A program made the position numbers and the translations under genes. Positions 39,293 to 49,930 of a DNA stretch of 63,991 nt are shown here, piece by piece. How positions within the stretch are numbered: the first letter of the stretch is position 1; each line of letters opens with the position of its first letter. Under the pieces are notes generated by a model. That model was not told where the DNA came from. It was given only the letters and a program-made list of their open reading frames with translations, and did no database searches. The DNA comes from Pocillopora damicornis (taxonomy: Eukaryota): assembly GCF_003704095.1 (NCBI RefSeq), contig NW_020846568.1, forward strand, positions 124,010 through 188,000, given 5' to 3'.

Positions 39293-42210
39293 TGTTCTTC
39301 TGGAGAGTACTCCAAACGTAAAGGATTCAGGAATAACACTTTGCTTTTCCCTTTCCAAGTGCTTCGTAAGAGAAATCATTCAGATAGGGAACCCATTTAC
39401 AAAGCTGAAACGAAAAATAACAATGTGTTTTTTAATCAGTTTTTACATTATTAAAAACTATTACGTTTAGGAAACCAAATTAACACTTTGGCACACTCGT
39501 GATCATATTATGTTGAATAGATTGAGAAGATACATTAATTGTGTGAAAGGCAAATAATTCTGTAATTCCAAGAATAGAGTAAAGAATAAAGCCTCTCAAT
39601 GGCTCCGCCATATTTAACAATCGGTCCTACATCTTAGGCAGGATGCATGCTCTCCCCGGACCACTAAGGTCGTAGTAACGTTAAGGAAACCCTAACATCA
39701 ATGCTTCCCGCGCCTAGCACATCCACGATTATAAAAAAAGGGTGGGGGGGGGGGCGGGTATTAATTTGGAGCTCTTTATTTGAGAATCAGGAGGGTCATA
39801 TCAAAAAGCCTCAATTTCATCCTTGGTCCTAAATGTACAATGTACAACGAGAAGTTGTACGAACTTACAGCTGCTTTCGATGACGGATTACAGGCACCAT
39901 TCAACCTGAGCCACCTGCACGGGTGATAGCTGTACCAAAATCCGTCCTCTTCAACTTTTACAGTGAAGCCGCTGGGGAAATATTTCAAGAAATATTATAT
40001 GAGGAGGCATTGAATTGCGAAGTGACAAATATACAACATAATGGAGATCAGATCGCCGAATTACCCACTTAAATAATCATCTCATATGAGGTATGACTAG
40101 GGGCCTGTTTACATGGAGGTGGGGGACCTTAGGTTGGTGAAGTACCCCGCTTGTCCATAAAATCTCTTATCTTGATCACGTTAACATAACACGAACCATA
40201 CAAAGTAATTTAGTATTATCGACTCAGTTGATAACGTAAATTGGCCACCGTAAAGAATTTCAAAGCTGACGTTTCGAGCGTTAGCCCATTGCTCTGACGA
40301 AGGGCTAATGCTCGAAGCGTCAACTTTGAAACTCTTTACGGTGGCCAATATACGTTATCAACTCAGTTGAAAATACTAAATTACCCTGTTATTCACCCCC
40401 ACCAACGCAGCACCACAGTTTCGTTAGTTTCTTTTTGTGGTTCTAGAAACCTTATTCAATCTTTGCTATTCAGAGCAATTTTTGAGCAAAATATGGGTTT
40501 AGAGCACATCAAGCACGCAAGAAGTCAATAATTTCAGAAAATCTGCTTGCAACTTATGTAAATGTCTTCAATTTTTATCAACCTTTTGAAACATAACCTG
40601 TCACTTGACAACGTTTCGCAGATTTATTGCAATCCTCATCTAATCATATAACGGATAATCGGCTAAAATGACGTTCGGCATCGTCAAATAAACCACGCTT
40701 TTTGTTCTCTCAGACTTAGGTATCAAATTTCTTTCATATTTGCGAGCAAATCTTTTAAAACTAAGATTCAAGCTTTTCTTCTTCACCGATCTTACCAACT
40801 ATAGTGAATAACGAAAAATAAAACTTTTGATCGTTTATTTTTAAAAATATCAAAACGTTTATGTGACAACTTTTGAAAATTAGGTAGCAATTTTTTCGAT
40901 TTTTGGGCAATTTTTTAGCAACTTATTTTATTGAGCAATTTTCCTTCATTATCGAGCACAATCAGGACAGCCCTAGCCTCGATCCCGCTTTATGTTTGGA
41001 CAGAGGCCTGGGATCAGCATCGTTTCTCGTTTTTTCGCTCGAGCATGTGATGAAGAAATACCACGACTTAATCTCATTTCATAATGACTTTATTACGGTA
41101 ATTCGCTTGATTTCATTAGGGAGTTTCGATTTTAAACTGATACTAACTACATTTTTTTAAGTACCGCAGCATTGGCATCTCATGTCTGTGCGAGCGCACA
41201 GAACTATCTCACCGATGTTTTCTTCGTTCTAATTAGCACGTTCACATTCCACGTTTTAACTATCAAACATCAAAAGGAATGCCGTGTGTCGAAACTGTAG
41301 AAAAAACAGAGGCGGACAGAATTCGTGGTATGAAGCACCCATTTGCGAGCAAAACGGGTCAAAAGTAGCAAACAATATTTTTCGTCCTGTCGTTTTTTCG
41401 TGGAACAAAGAAACAAATCTGAGTCCCCATGAGGAAGCGAACTTCACTCTTAAGCTCTACCACCGAGCCACAGAGATTCCCCCATGAGCAAAGTCATTAC
41501 GAATTCCAAATGTGACAGTCGTCCCACACACAGTAAGAATTAGCAATGTCAATAGAGACACATTTGTTAACAGAATAAGATATATGTTAACTTCTAAGCT
41601 CGTTAAAGAAATAGTGAAAGATGTTTTTTCTTCTTTGAGTCTCCATGAGAAGTTATAGGTAACACAACATAATGAAAATGATAATGACCGAAGATCATTT
41701 GGATGGAACATATTGTAATGGATAATTTAGTCAGGGAAAGAAACAGCTATAAATGCGATGATCTTCGGAGCCTACTGATTGTTTACGAGTTATCTAAGCG
41801 AAAAAGTTGAGCTCTAAATTCAGAGACGGTCAATTACGTTATATATAGTTGAACAAGTACCGATAGACCCAACGATACAAGTGGATGCCGGGCTTAAAAG
41901 AGATGCAACTCTCCTAATAAAAACTCTAGACGGTGAGAAAATAAGGATTGAACGCATTTCATTATTCTAGGAGGTTGACCTGTATTAAACTTTTACTTTG
42001 TTTTGTTTACCTTTCATCTTTCAGTGAACTGAGATTACATATATTTCCTTTGTGATCTTTCCAAACGCAGGTGTTAGTGCCTAATGTAGAGCACTCATGC
42101 TCTGTGGACCGCGCCACGGCGCAGTTTGCTTTAGGATCTTGGTATTGAATAGTCATAAGAAAAAATGCAATGCTCAGAAGACTCCTGGACCAATTCAACA
42201 ACAAAAACAT
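39293..42210 (-). pseudogene. Paralog E (MRH-like receptor family), three exons visible, frameshift/stop in exon 3
   Basis: Exons 42210-42011 (signal..ECSTLGTNTCVWKDHKGNICNLSSLKDE), 39971-39869 (GFTVKVEEDGFWYSYHPCRWLRLNGACNPSSKAA) and 39404-39293 (LCKWVPYLNDFSYEALGKGKAKCYS*). The homologous LRLEY continues in another frame, and the exon is 112 nt (3n+1), whereas paralogs are 3n+2. Could be an assembly error. Confidence 0.7.
40205..40425. repeat. R1 family fold-back element with central hammerhead-ribozyme-like core
   Basis: Inverted arms of about 85 bp (GTAATTTAGTATT..AGTTGATAACGTAAATTGGCCACCGTAAAGA..TTCAAAG.TGACG / CGTCA.CTTTGAAACTCTTTACGGTGGCCAAT.TACGTTATCAACT..AATACTAAATTAC) around CTGACGAAGGGCTAATGCTCGAAGCGTC (40294-40321). 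Confidence 0.8.
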
Positions 42211-42360
42211 GCTTCAGCAATATCTAAAAAAAACCGAGAGAGGGTCATAGATTAGTATTTTGTGTTAATAAAGTATTAAGGTCCTCTCGCTAACTATCTC
42301 CTTGTAAGCAAACTTTTGATGTTGAAGCTAAGGAAATCGACGTCACGAAGCGCAAACATA

Positions 42361-42850
42361 ATTGATTTTCATGAGTGACTGTTGATCAACCCTGGGTCAA
42401 ATTAAGAAATAAACCAAAACAGACATTTTGGGGAAACCCCGTGTAACCTCGTTATACTCATGTGATTTAACACCAACATGGCCAAGAAATTTGCAGGTTG
42501 GCTTTAACATGAATAAACTACTGTAATTGATTTTCATGAGTGACTATTGATGAACCCCGGGTCAAATTAAGAAATAAACCAAAACAGACATTTCGGGGAA
42601 ACCCTGTGTAACCTTATGATACTCATGTGATTCAACATAAACATGGCCAAGAAATTTGGAGGTTGGCTTTAACATGAATAAACTACTGTAACTGATTTTC
42701 ATGAGTGACTATTGATGAACCCCGGGTCAAATTAAGAAATAAACCAAAACAGACATTTCGGGGAAACCCCGTGTAACTTCATGATACTCATGTTATTCAA
42801 CACAAACATGGCCAAGAAATTTGGAGGTTGACTTTAACATGAATAAACTA
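42361..42850. repeat. Tandem repeat, 3 x 165 bp, just upstream of paralog E
   Basis: Units start at 42361, 42526 and 42691 (A.TGATTTTCATGAGTGACT...AACATGAATAAACTA), with high identity. Confidence 0.92.
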
Positions 42851-44149
42851 TTTAATCGAGAAACAGATTGAAGTGACGCAGTATAACCCTTGGACGACAC
42901 AATTTCCTTTCTCCTTTCGTGCGAAATCCACAAAAACTCGATAATTAGTTACTGACAGACATGGAATTTTGTAACGCGAAATGTACTTTCGCTTTAGCTC
43001 TGACTTCACAGTTCTGCAGAATAGTAATTCAGCGGGCCCACAAATAATGTTTCCGAGTGAATTGTCGCTTGTTAAGGGAAAAAACATGTAAATAACCACA
43101 ATTGAATGGTGAAGCCTTCAACTATTTCCAATGATTATCGCTGGTTGCTCAGCCAGAAGTGTGTTGTTTAGTCCTCTTTTAGTCAAGTCATTAAGGCCGA
43201 GCTGAGATTGTCAATTCCGTCTGTTTTACCTGCTTTTTAATTAGAAAGTGGCCTGTTCCTCGGCTTTTCCGAGCTGTTACAAACCTACGACCCTTCGGTT
43301 TCTTTTGCTTACTGAAAGAAGGAAGGAATGCTTGAAGAATCTCTCGGTTGAATTCATTCGATATGATATGTCGGCAGAGGAGACAATATTACGTCGTTTA
43401 GGGAAATTCCCTTTGTCAAATATGTAATCGCATTAAATTTTAAGAAAGCTTTCACACACACCGGCGGCTAATTTGAGTTCCGGGGAGTAAAAAAGCTATG
43501 TTTTGCCCTTCCAGAGTCGTTTTTGGTATTGAGGAGGCTATCAGTCCAAGAACTAAAAGGACATGTCCGCTGCGTGAAAAAATCTAAAATTGGCAATTGT
43601 TACTCCGAGTGGGATTTAGTGGTCTGGAATGAAACTCGAACTTATGAGCAATAAAGCTTCATCACGTACTTCGACCACTACTAATTCATTTTGACAAAGT
43701 GTTCAGTAAAATTCAAAGTATGTATGTCACATTTAAAGTATGTATGTCACTTAACAAAAAGTAAATTCCAGATATCTTTTTAATTTTATTTGTGACTTTT
43801 AGACTAATTATCTCTCTGGTGCGTACAGAAATTAATAAATTGAAATTACACGTATGCATTTTCTCTTCCAAAAGTTATAGTTAATACTATATATACTGAA
43901 GCAATGTCATTTTATGCGTAGTAAATATCACCCCTTCTGCTATGGATCAAAAGTGATTGGTTACGAAATTTGAGCTCTATCCAAAATACTGGTGACTATG
44001 TAAAAAAGGTAGCATCCGTAGAATTCCATTAAGTAAAAGCTTATTAATGGCGGATATCCCTATCTCGCCAAGGATAGACTTTGATTTTTAGCAAGTTCTT
44101 TCAAGGGGACGATAATTTGGTGTACCCATTGAGGAATTCATCCTATGAG

Positions 44150-44720
44150 ACAGCTTAACAATAGATACTCAGATATTAAGCTTCTAGGATTATCGCATAT
44201 GCTTCGTAGGGGCGCAGCGAGGGCTAACCTTCCTTATAAATTTTGGTTCTTAAGGCAAATTTCAAATTATTCAGGCACCTTCCCGGTCAGGACCGTCTTG
44301 TCGCAGTCGTCGCCTATCTTCATCTTCTTGAGCTTTGTTCAGTGTTGCGGTTAATCATTTTCCACCTTTTCCAGCATTTCTTCAGAGTTGCCAATGAGCC
44401 AACTAGTCAAAGGTCCCCAGCGATTGGAGCCACGGTTTCCTAAGAAATATATGCTGGCTGCACACATTAGCAAGGAGCCAGGAGACGTTATATTGAAGTG
44501 GTAGAGGTGTTTCATGGACGTAAATATCATCGGAAGAGGAGAAGGGGCGTTAGCGGAGTAATAAAATATCATTTAATTTGATACTATACGGTTTTTGTGG
44601 TGGTACTGTCAAGTAAGTGCCAGGTCTTTCACGCTAATTAATATATCAATTCTTTATTTTGAATTGATTTCTCAACTTTTTCATCCCTTTTCCCGTAAAA
44701 ACGAAGGTCCTCTTCGACTG
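44150..44720 (-). pseudogene. Remnant of an eighth family member: decayed TM/tail exon plus upstream intron, F/G type
   Basis: CCCCAGCGATTGGAGCCACGGTTTCC...GCTGCACACATTAG..GGAGCCAGGAGACGTTAT aligns with F 50146-50216 and G 57960-58030. Minus-strand translation gives ETVAPIAG..*..CWKRWK and NKAQEDEDRRRLRQDGPDREGA*II*NLP, versus G NNAQGNGERQPLHQDGPGQDGPHIICNIP. Multiple stops and a frameshift. Confidence 0.78.
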
Positions 44721-45599
44721 TTTGAGGTAATCTTCAGTAAGATTCGAATGCTTCTAATGCTTACTGATATAACCTATGTTACGGTATAGTTCTACCGACC
44801 GAAAGAACAATTTCACAAACTCGGACAACTACTTTCTTAAATGCCGAGTAATATTCTTATTTAGGAGCGACTTAAGCTCCAATAGACAATACAATAATTA
44901 TCTTTAATAGACTTACTAAGGTACCGCTAAGGAACCGCCTCCAATGAGCTTTTCGTATTAGTTTCCTCATTATAAATTCAGCGCGGAGCATGAAGAGTAC
45001 TCCATGTTTACACCTTAAGTCACCTCTAAGAAAAAGAGGTGTCGAACGTGTTAAAATAATTTCAAATTAGTATATCACCAAAGATTTTGACCTCCTCTTA
45101 CTTCTTAAACCGTATTAAAATACATTTCGCATAAAAGTAATTTTAGGAGAGTTACTACTTTACGAAATGGACTATTTCGAAATGGACAGTGACAACGTGA
45201 CCTAGCTCTTTCATGTCACAAAAATACATTTTAACATTACAAATTAGTATATTCTCGAAGATCTCGGTCACCTCCTCTTTAACTGTCCATTCAAAATTAA
45301 TTTCGCAAAGTAGTAAGTTCAGAAAAATTACTATTTTGCGAAATGGATTATTTTCACTCAGCGGTAGCGATATTACCATTCCCGTGTCACACAACAGGAT
45401 TTCTGTAGGTTTTAATTTAAAGCACTTTCAAGTTCCAAAAGATCTAAGCTATCTCCACCTATATAAAAGTCTTGTAAGTATATTTTGCGAGGTAGTAATT
45501 TTGGACGAATTGCTATTTTGCAAAATGGAACATAAATGATTGAAATGCCGCCAGAGAACACTGACTCGTGAGAGATAATTCCAGCTGGTACTGTGAAAG

Positions 45600-47400
45600 C
45601 CAAGATAAAAGCTGATTATGAATAAAGCAAGGAAAACCAAGTGAGACGTTTGCGTGAGCTGTATGAAGGAGGTCTCATAGGTAAGAGGAAGTACGCAAGC
45701 ATCAGAAACAGTTCAGATGTTGTAAAAGAAACTGGAAAGAAAATGAAAAACCAGAAAACAGAATTTATGAAAGGATGTGAAGTTCCAGAGGCATAGATAT
45801 TGGTAAAATATAATCCTTGGAGGATTTAGCAGACAATTTCTCCCTGGAATCAACATCTGGTGTGTACAGGCCTTTTCTGCTGAGGCTTGCGGATATGTAC
45901 TTGTCTGCATTGGTTCGATGACGAAAAAGGAGTTATGCATGTTGCCATTGGTGCGGATGGTGTTCCTTTTGAAAGGGATGATACAGCAACAGGTATTATT
46001 TTAACATGAATGTCAGTAGCACATGATGATAGATTAAATTGCGAATTTTGACTTCATAACAGTCATAAAAGTATTAGTAGATGGTGTATAGTTAGAAGCG
46101 TAAATTGGTTGTAGAATCAAAATATTATGTTGATCCTTTAGATCTCATTAGTAATTCTCCTTACTGTCTGCCATACAGTTCTTGTGATATTAGTTTGGAG
46201 AAATTGGTATTGGTTCAACTTATAATCCCCTAACTGATATTTTTCTTTGTTCTCATCACTCTGCTGCTTGATATTGTATTGATATTGTAAGAAGAGATTC
46301 TCTTTTGATCACTCATGGGAGTTAAAAGGTTAATCATGAAATCACTTTTTGGAAACTTTATTGAGATATAATTCTGACTTATGACGAACACTTTTAATAA
46401 GTCCCTCATTTAATTTTTGACTTAATGTGAATTTACAGCATACCTTGTCAGCTTTCTGAATCTCCTAAACAAGGTGCAAAGTTGCAATGAAAACCACCTT
46501 TTTATGGGTGCTAATTCCGCCGAGGACACTACATCAATGAAATGCTATACCAAGCATTTAGTTAAAGAATTGGAGCTTATAGAAGGAGCTAAACTCACCA
46601 CTGAACAAGGCCATATGGAGGAATTTAGATTCCAGTGGATCCCAGCTGCATGAAATGGTTGTTATCCATTTCAGGGGAACTAAATAACTGTGCAATTTAC
46701 TTTTCCCCTTTTGCCAATGTGAACCAAACTGACAAAACCACTATTGGTGACTCAATTGGTGCCAGACCAGAAGCAACTAGTCAACCGTGGGATTACAAGA
46801 AGCGGATTCTTGTCGCAGAGAAAGTTACGAAGTTTAAGGTAAAATTTAGAGATCCTGAAGGAAAACAGAGCAGAGGTCACTAAGTTAATTGCCAAGGAGA
46901 AATCTAGGCAAGAATTTGTTCCCCCCTTGGGCAAATAAGTGGATTTAGCTAAGGCTGAGCCACTTCATAACACCAGCAATGCCTGGCAGCAGTGGTTTTC
47001 CGCTCTCCTGACAATGGCCACGCAGTACACTGACCAAGCTAAACTCCGCACAGCAACAGTGGTTTCAGATCTTCCAAACTCTTCACCACTAGTAGCATTT
47101 GTAAAGTGTGTGCAGGAAACTATGAAGTGTGGAAGGCTGTGCAACAGCTTCAATTGGTGGTTCGGTGAAAAGAAAAAAAAGGGAATTTCTTTCTCTAATA
47201 GATTCACTGGACTGGAATCCATGGGATTTTCATGGAACTTTGGTTACCTCATCAAGGAACTCTTGCAGATAGAAAAATTGTCAAGAGGGTCTGCTTTAAA
47301 ACTGCACTCACTTGTATTTAGTGGTTTGCAAATCAGGGATGCTGCTGCAATTTATTCCAGAGTTGAAGTAAGCAAACAGCAATTAGATAATGCAACTTAA
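45600..47400 (+). pseudogene. Decayed, intron-containing DDE transposase-like gene with RAG1/Transib-like core motifs
   Basis: Fragments VRRLRELYEGGLIGKRKYASIRN; HVAIGADGVPF (donor after 45992, acceptor before 46439) AYLVSFLN..VQSCNENHLFMGANSAED..MKCYTKHLVKELELIEG..FRFQWIPA[D]MKWLLSISGELNN; AEPLHNTSNAW. Frameshifts near 46650 and 46870, and a stop at 46936. Confidence 0.6.
46131..46333. mobile_element. piggyBac-type MITE (same family as 23431, opposite orientation) inside the intron of the transposase fossil
   Basis: GATCTCATTAGTAATTCTCCTTACTGTCTGCCATAC... is the reverse complement of 23610-23652. It ends TCACTCATGGGAGTTAAAAGGTTAA. Confidence 0.8.
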
Positions 47401-47689
47401 AGTCAAATGTTGCAACTGGAAAAGTTATCACTGAGCTTTTTTTTTTTTTTTTTTTTTTATTTAAACACGGTCAATTCATCAGCCTAAAAAATATATACAG
47501 CTTCAGCAGTATTTGAAATAATATTGGTTAAATAAATATGAAGAGATGCTGGATTATTATTTCTTAGAGCTGCAATTTGATTTTGATCATGTTATATGTT
47601 CAAAGGAACATCTCAGCTCTTGTTATATATTATCAGAAATAAGAAATGGAATCAAATGTCAATGGTTCTATTTTATGCTGCGTTTATTC

Positions 47690-49447
47690 TATAATTTCTT
47701 CTATACCCTACTAGGCAGTGTAAACCTGATGATTAATTTTTACTATATTCTATACCCAGCTGAGTAGTAAATACCTAATGATCACTTTTAATCTCTCCCA
47801 TAACCACTTGGGTAGTGTATACCTAAGGGTTACTTTTAATAGCTTCTATACCCTCTTAAATGGTGTATACCTAAGGGTTACATCTAATTTCTTCTATACC
47901 CTCTTCAGTTGTGTATACCTGGGGGTTGCTTTTACTCTCTTCTACCCTCTTGGGTAGTGTATATTTAAGGGTTTTATCTAATCCCTTCTATACCCTCTTG
48001 GGCAGTGAATACCTAAGGATTATTGTTAATCTCTTCTCAGGTAGTGTATATCCGAGGGTTATTTTTAATCTTTCCTCTACCCTCATGGGTAATGTATACC
48101 TGAGGGTTAATTTTACCCTCAAGGGTATAGTGTATACCTGAGGGTTACTTTTAATCTCTTCCATACCCTCCTGGGAATTGTATACCTGAAAGTTATTTTT
48201 AATCTCTTTTGTAAGTTCTTGGGTGATGTATACCTGAGGGCTGTAAAGTTGTAAAGCTGAGGGCTATTTTTGATATTTCCTATACCCTTCCTGTGTAGTG
48301 CATACCTGAGGGATATTTTTTAATCTTTTCTATGCCTGCTTGGGCAGTGTATACCTGAGGAATACTTTTAATCTCTTTTATACCCTCTACTGGGTAGTGT
48401 ATACCTGAGGGTTACTTTAAATCTCTTGTACACCCGCTTGGGCGGTGATTACCTGACAATTCATTTCTAATATCTGCTATACCCTCTTGGTAGTGAATAG
48501 TTAAGGGTCAATGTTAATCTCTCCTATACCCTCTTGGGTAGAGTACACCTGAGGGTTACTTTTAATATCTTCTATATTCTCTTGAGTAGTGCATACCTGA
48601 GGGGTTTTTTATCTCTTTTATACCCTCGTGGTGAGTGTATACCTGAGGGTTATTTTTAATCTCTTTATATCCCTCTGGGTAGTGTATACCTGAGGGCTAT
48701 TTTTAATCTTTTCTATGCCCGCTTGGGTAGTGTATACCTGAGGGTTACTTTTAATCTCTCTATACCCTTTTGGGTAGTGTACACCTGAGAGTTACTTTTA
48801 GTCTCTTTCATACCCTCTTGAGTAGTGTATATCTGAGGGTTACTTTTAATCTCTTTAATACCCTACTGGGTAGTGTATACCTGAAGGTTATTTCTGATCT
48901 CTCCTGTACCCTCCTGGTTAGTGTATTCCAGAGTGATATTTTTTAACTCTTTGACTGAGTATAATTGAGTGTTACTTTTAATCTCGTCTATATGTATAAT
49001 CGAGGGTCAATTACTAAATATCTTGTATATATTCTTGTATACCAGAGGGTTAGTTTTAATCCATTCTATACCCCCCTCAGTAGTGTATACCTGAGTGATA
49101 CTTTTAACCCTGTCTATATGTATACTCGAGGGTTAATTTTTAATATTTTTTATACCCTCTTGGGTAATGTATACCTGAGGGTTACTTTTAATCTCTTCTA
49201 TACCCTCCTGGGTAGTGTATAGCTAAGGGTTACTTTTAATCTCATCTATATGTATACTCAAGGGTTAATTATTAAATATTTTCTATACCCTCTTGGGTAG
49301 TGTATACCTGAGAGTTATTTATAATCCATTCTATACCCCCCTCAGTAGTGTATACCTGAGTGATACTTTTAACCCTGTCTATATGTATACTTGAGGGTTA
49401 ATTTTTAAATATTTTTTCAACCCTCTCGGGTAGTATATACCTAAGGT
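47690..49447. repeat. Minisatellite array, about 48-bp unit, roughly 35 degenerate copies
   Basis: Consensus GGGTAGTGTATACCTGAGGGTTACTTTTAATCTCTTCTATACCCTCTT repeated throughout. Shorter variant units give a higher-order pattern in 48960-49440. Confidence 0.95.
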
Positions 49448-49930
49448 TATACACGGAACGGGGAGACCGTCAGCTGAAAGCAATATGTATTCTCTGGATT
49501 ATCTAATCAACAGTTTCTGGACTTTAAAAGTTCAAAACCATGACCTGTATAAAGAAGGGTTTTTCTGAGTTAGCCATAAACAGGCCTATGATCATAGAGG
49601 TGTAATCAGCTTTCCCGGTGCCGCTTTTTAGTCAATTTTTTTATTTTCTTCTTCTTATACGTGTTTTAAATTATTCCTGTTATATTTTCTATCAAATTTG
49701 GCCAGGACTATTCCTGGACTTTGTGTTAACGATTTACTGTCATCTTCATTGAATGTGCAGCCAGCCAATTTACATAATTATTTATTTTTTCCGACGCAAA
49801 GCTGGTCATGAATACAAAAATTACTTAAAACACAAAAGCTACCAACAAAACCAACTTGACAGGTAATACCAATAATAATATCAAAAAATGCATGCTATTA
49901 GAAGGTTCCCTTTCCCTTAACAATAGGTAC

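Noticed and set aside
45600-47400. Idea that the RAG1-like relic somatically rearranges the receptor cluster
   Set aside because: The gene is broken, no RAG2-like partner or heptamer/nonamer signals were found, and each paralog is a self-contained gene.
47690-49447. CRISPR-like appearance and ORFs 47911-48141 and 48965-49222
   Set aside because: Contiguous degenerate units without unique spacers, no cas genes, eukaryotic context. The ORFs are artefacts of a unit length divisible by three.
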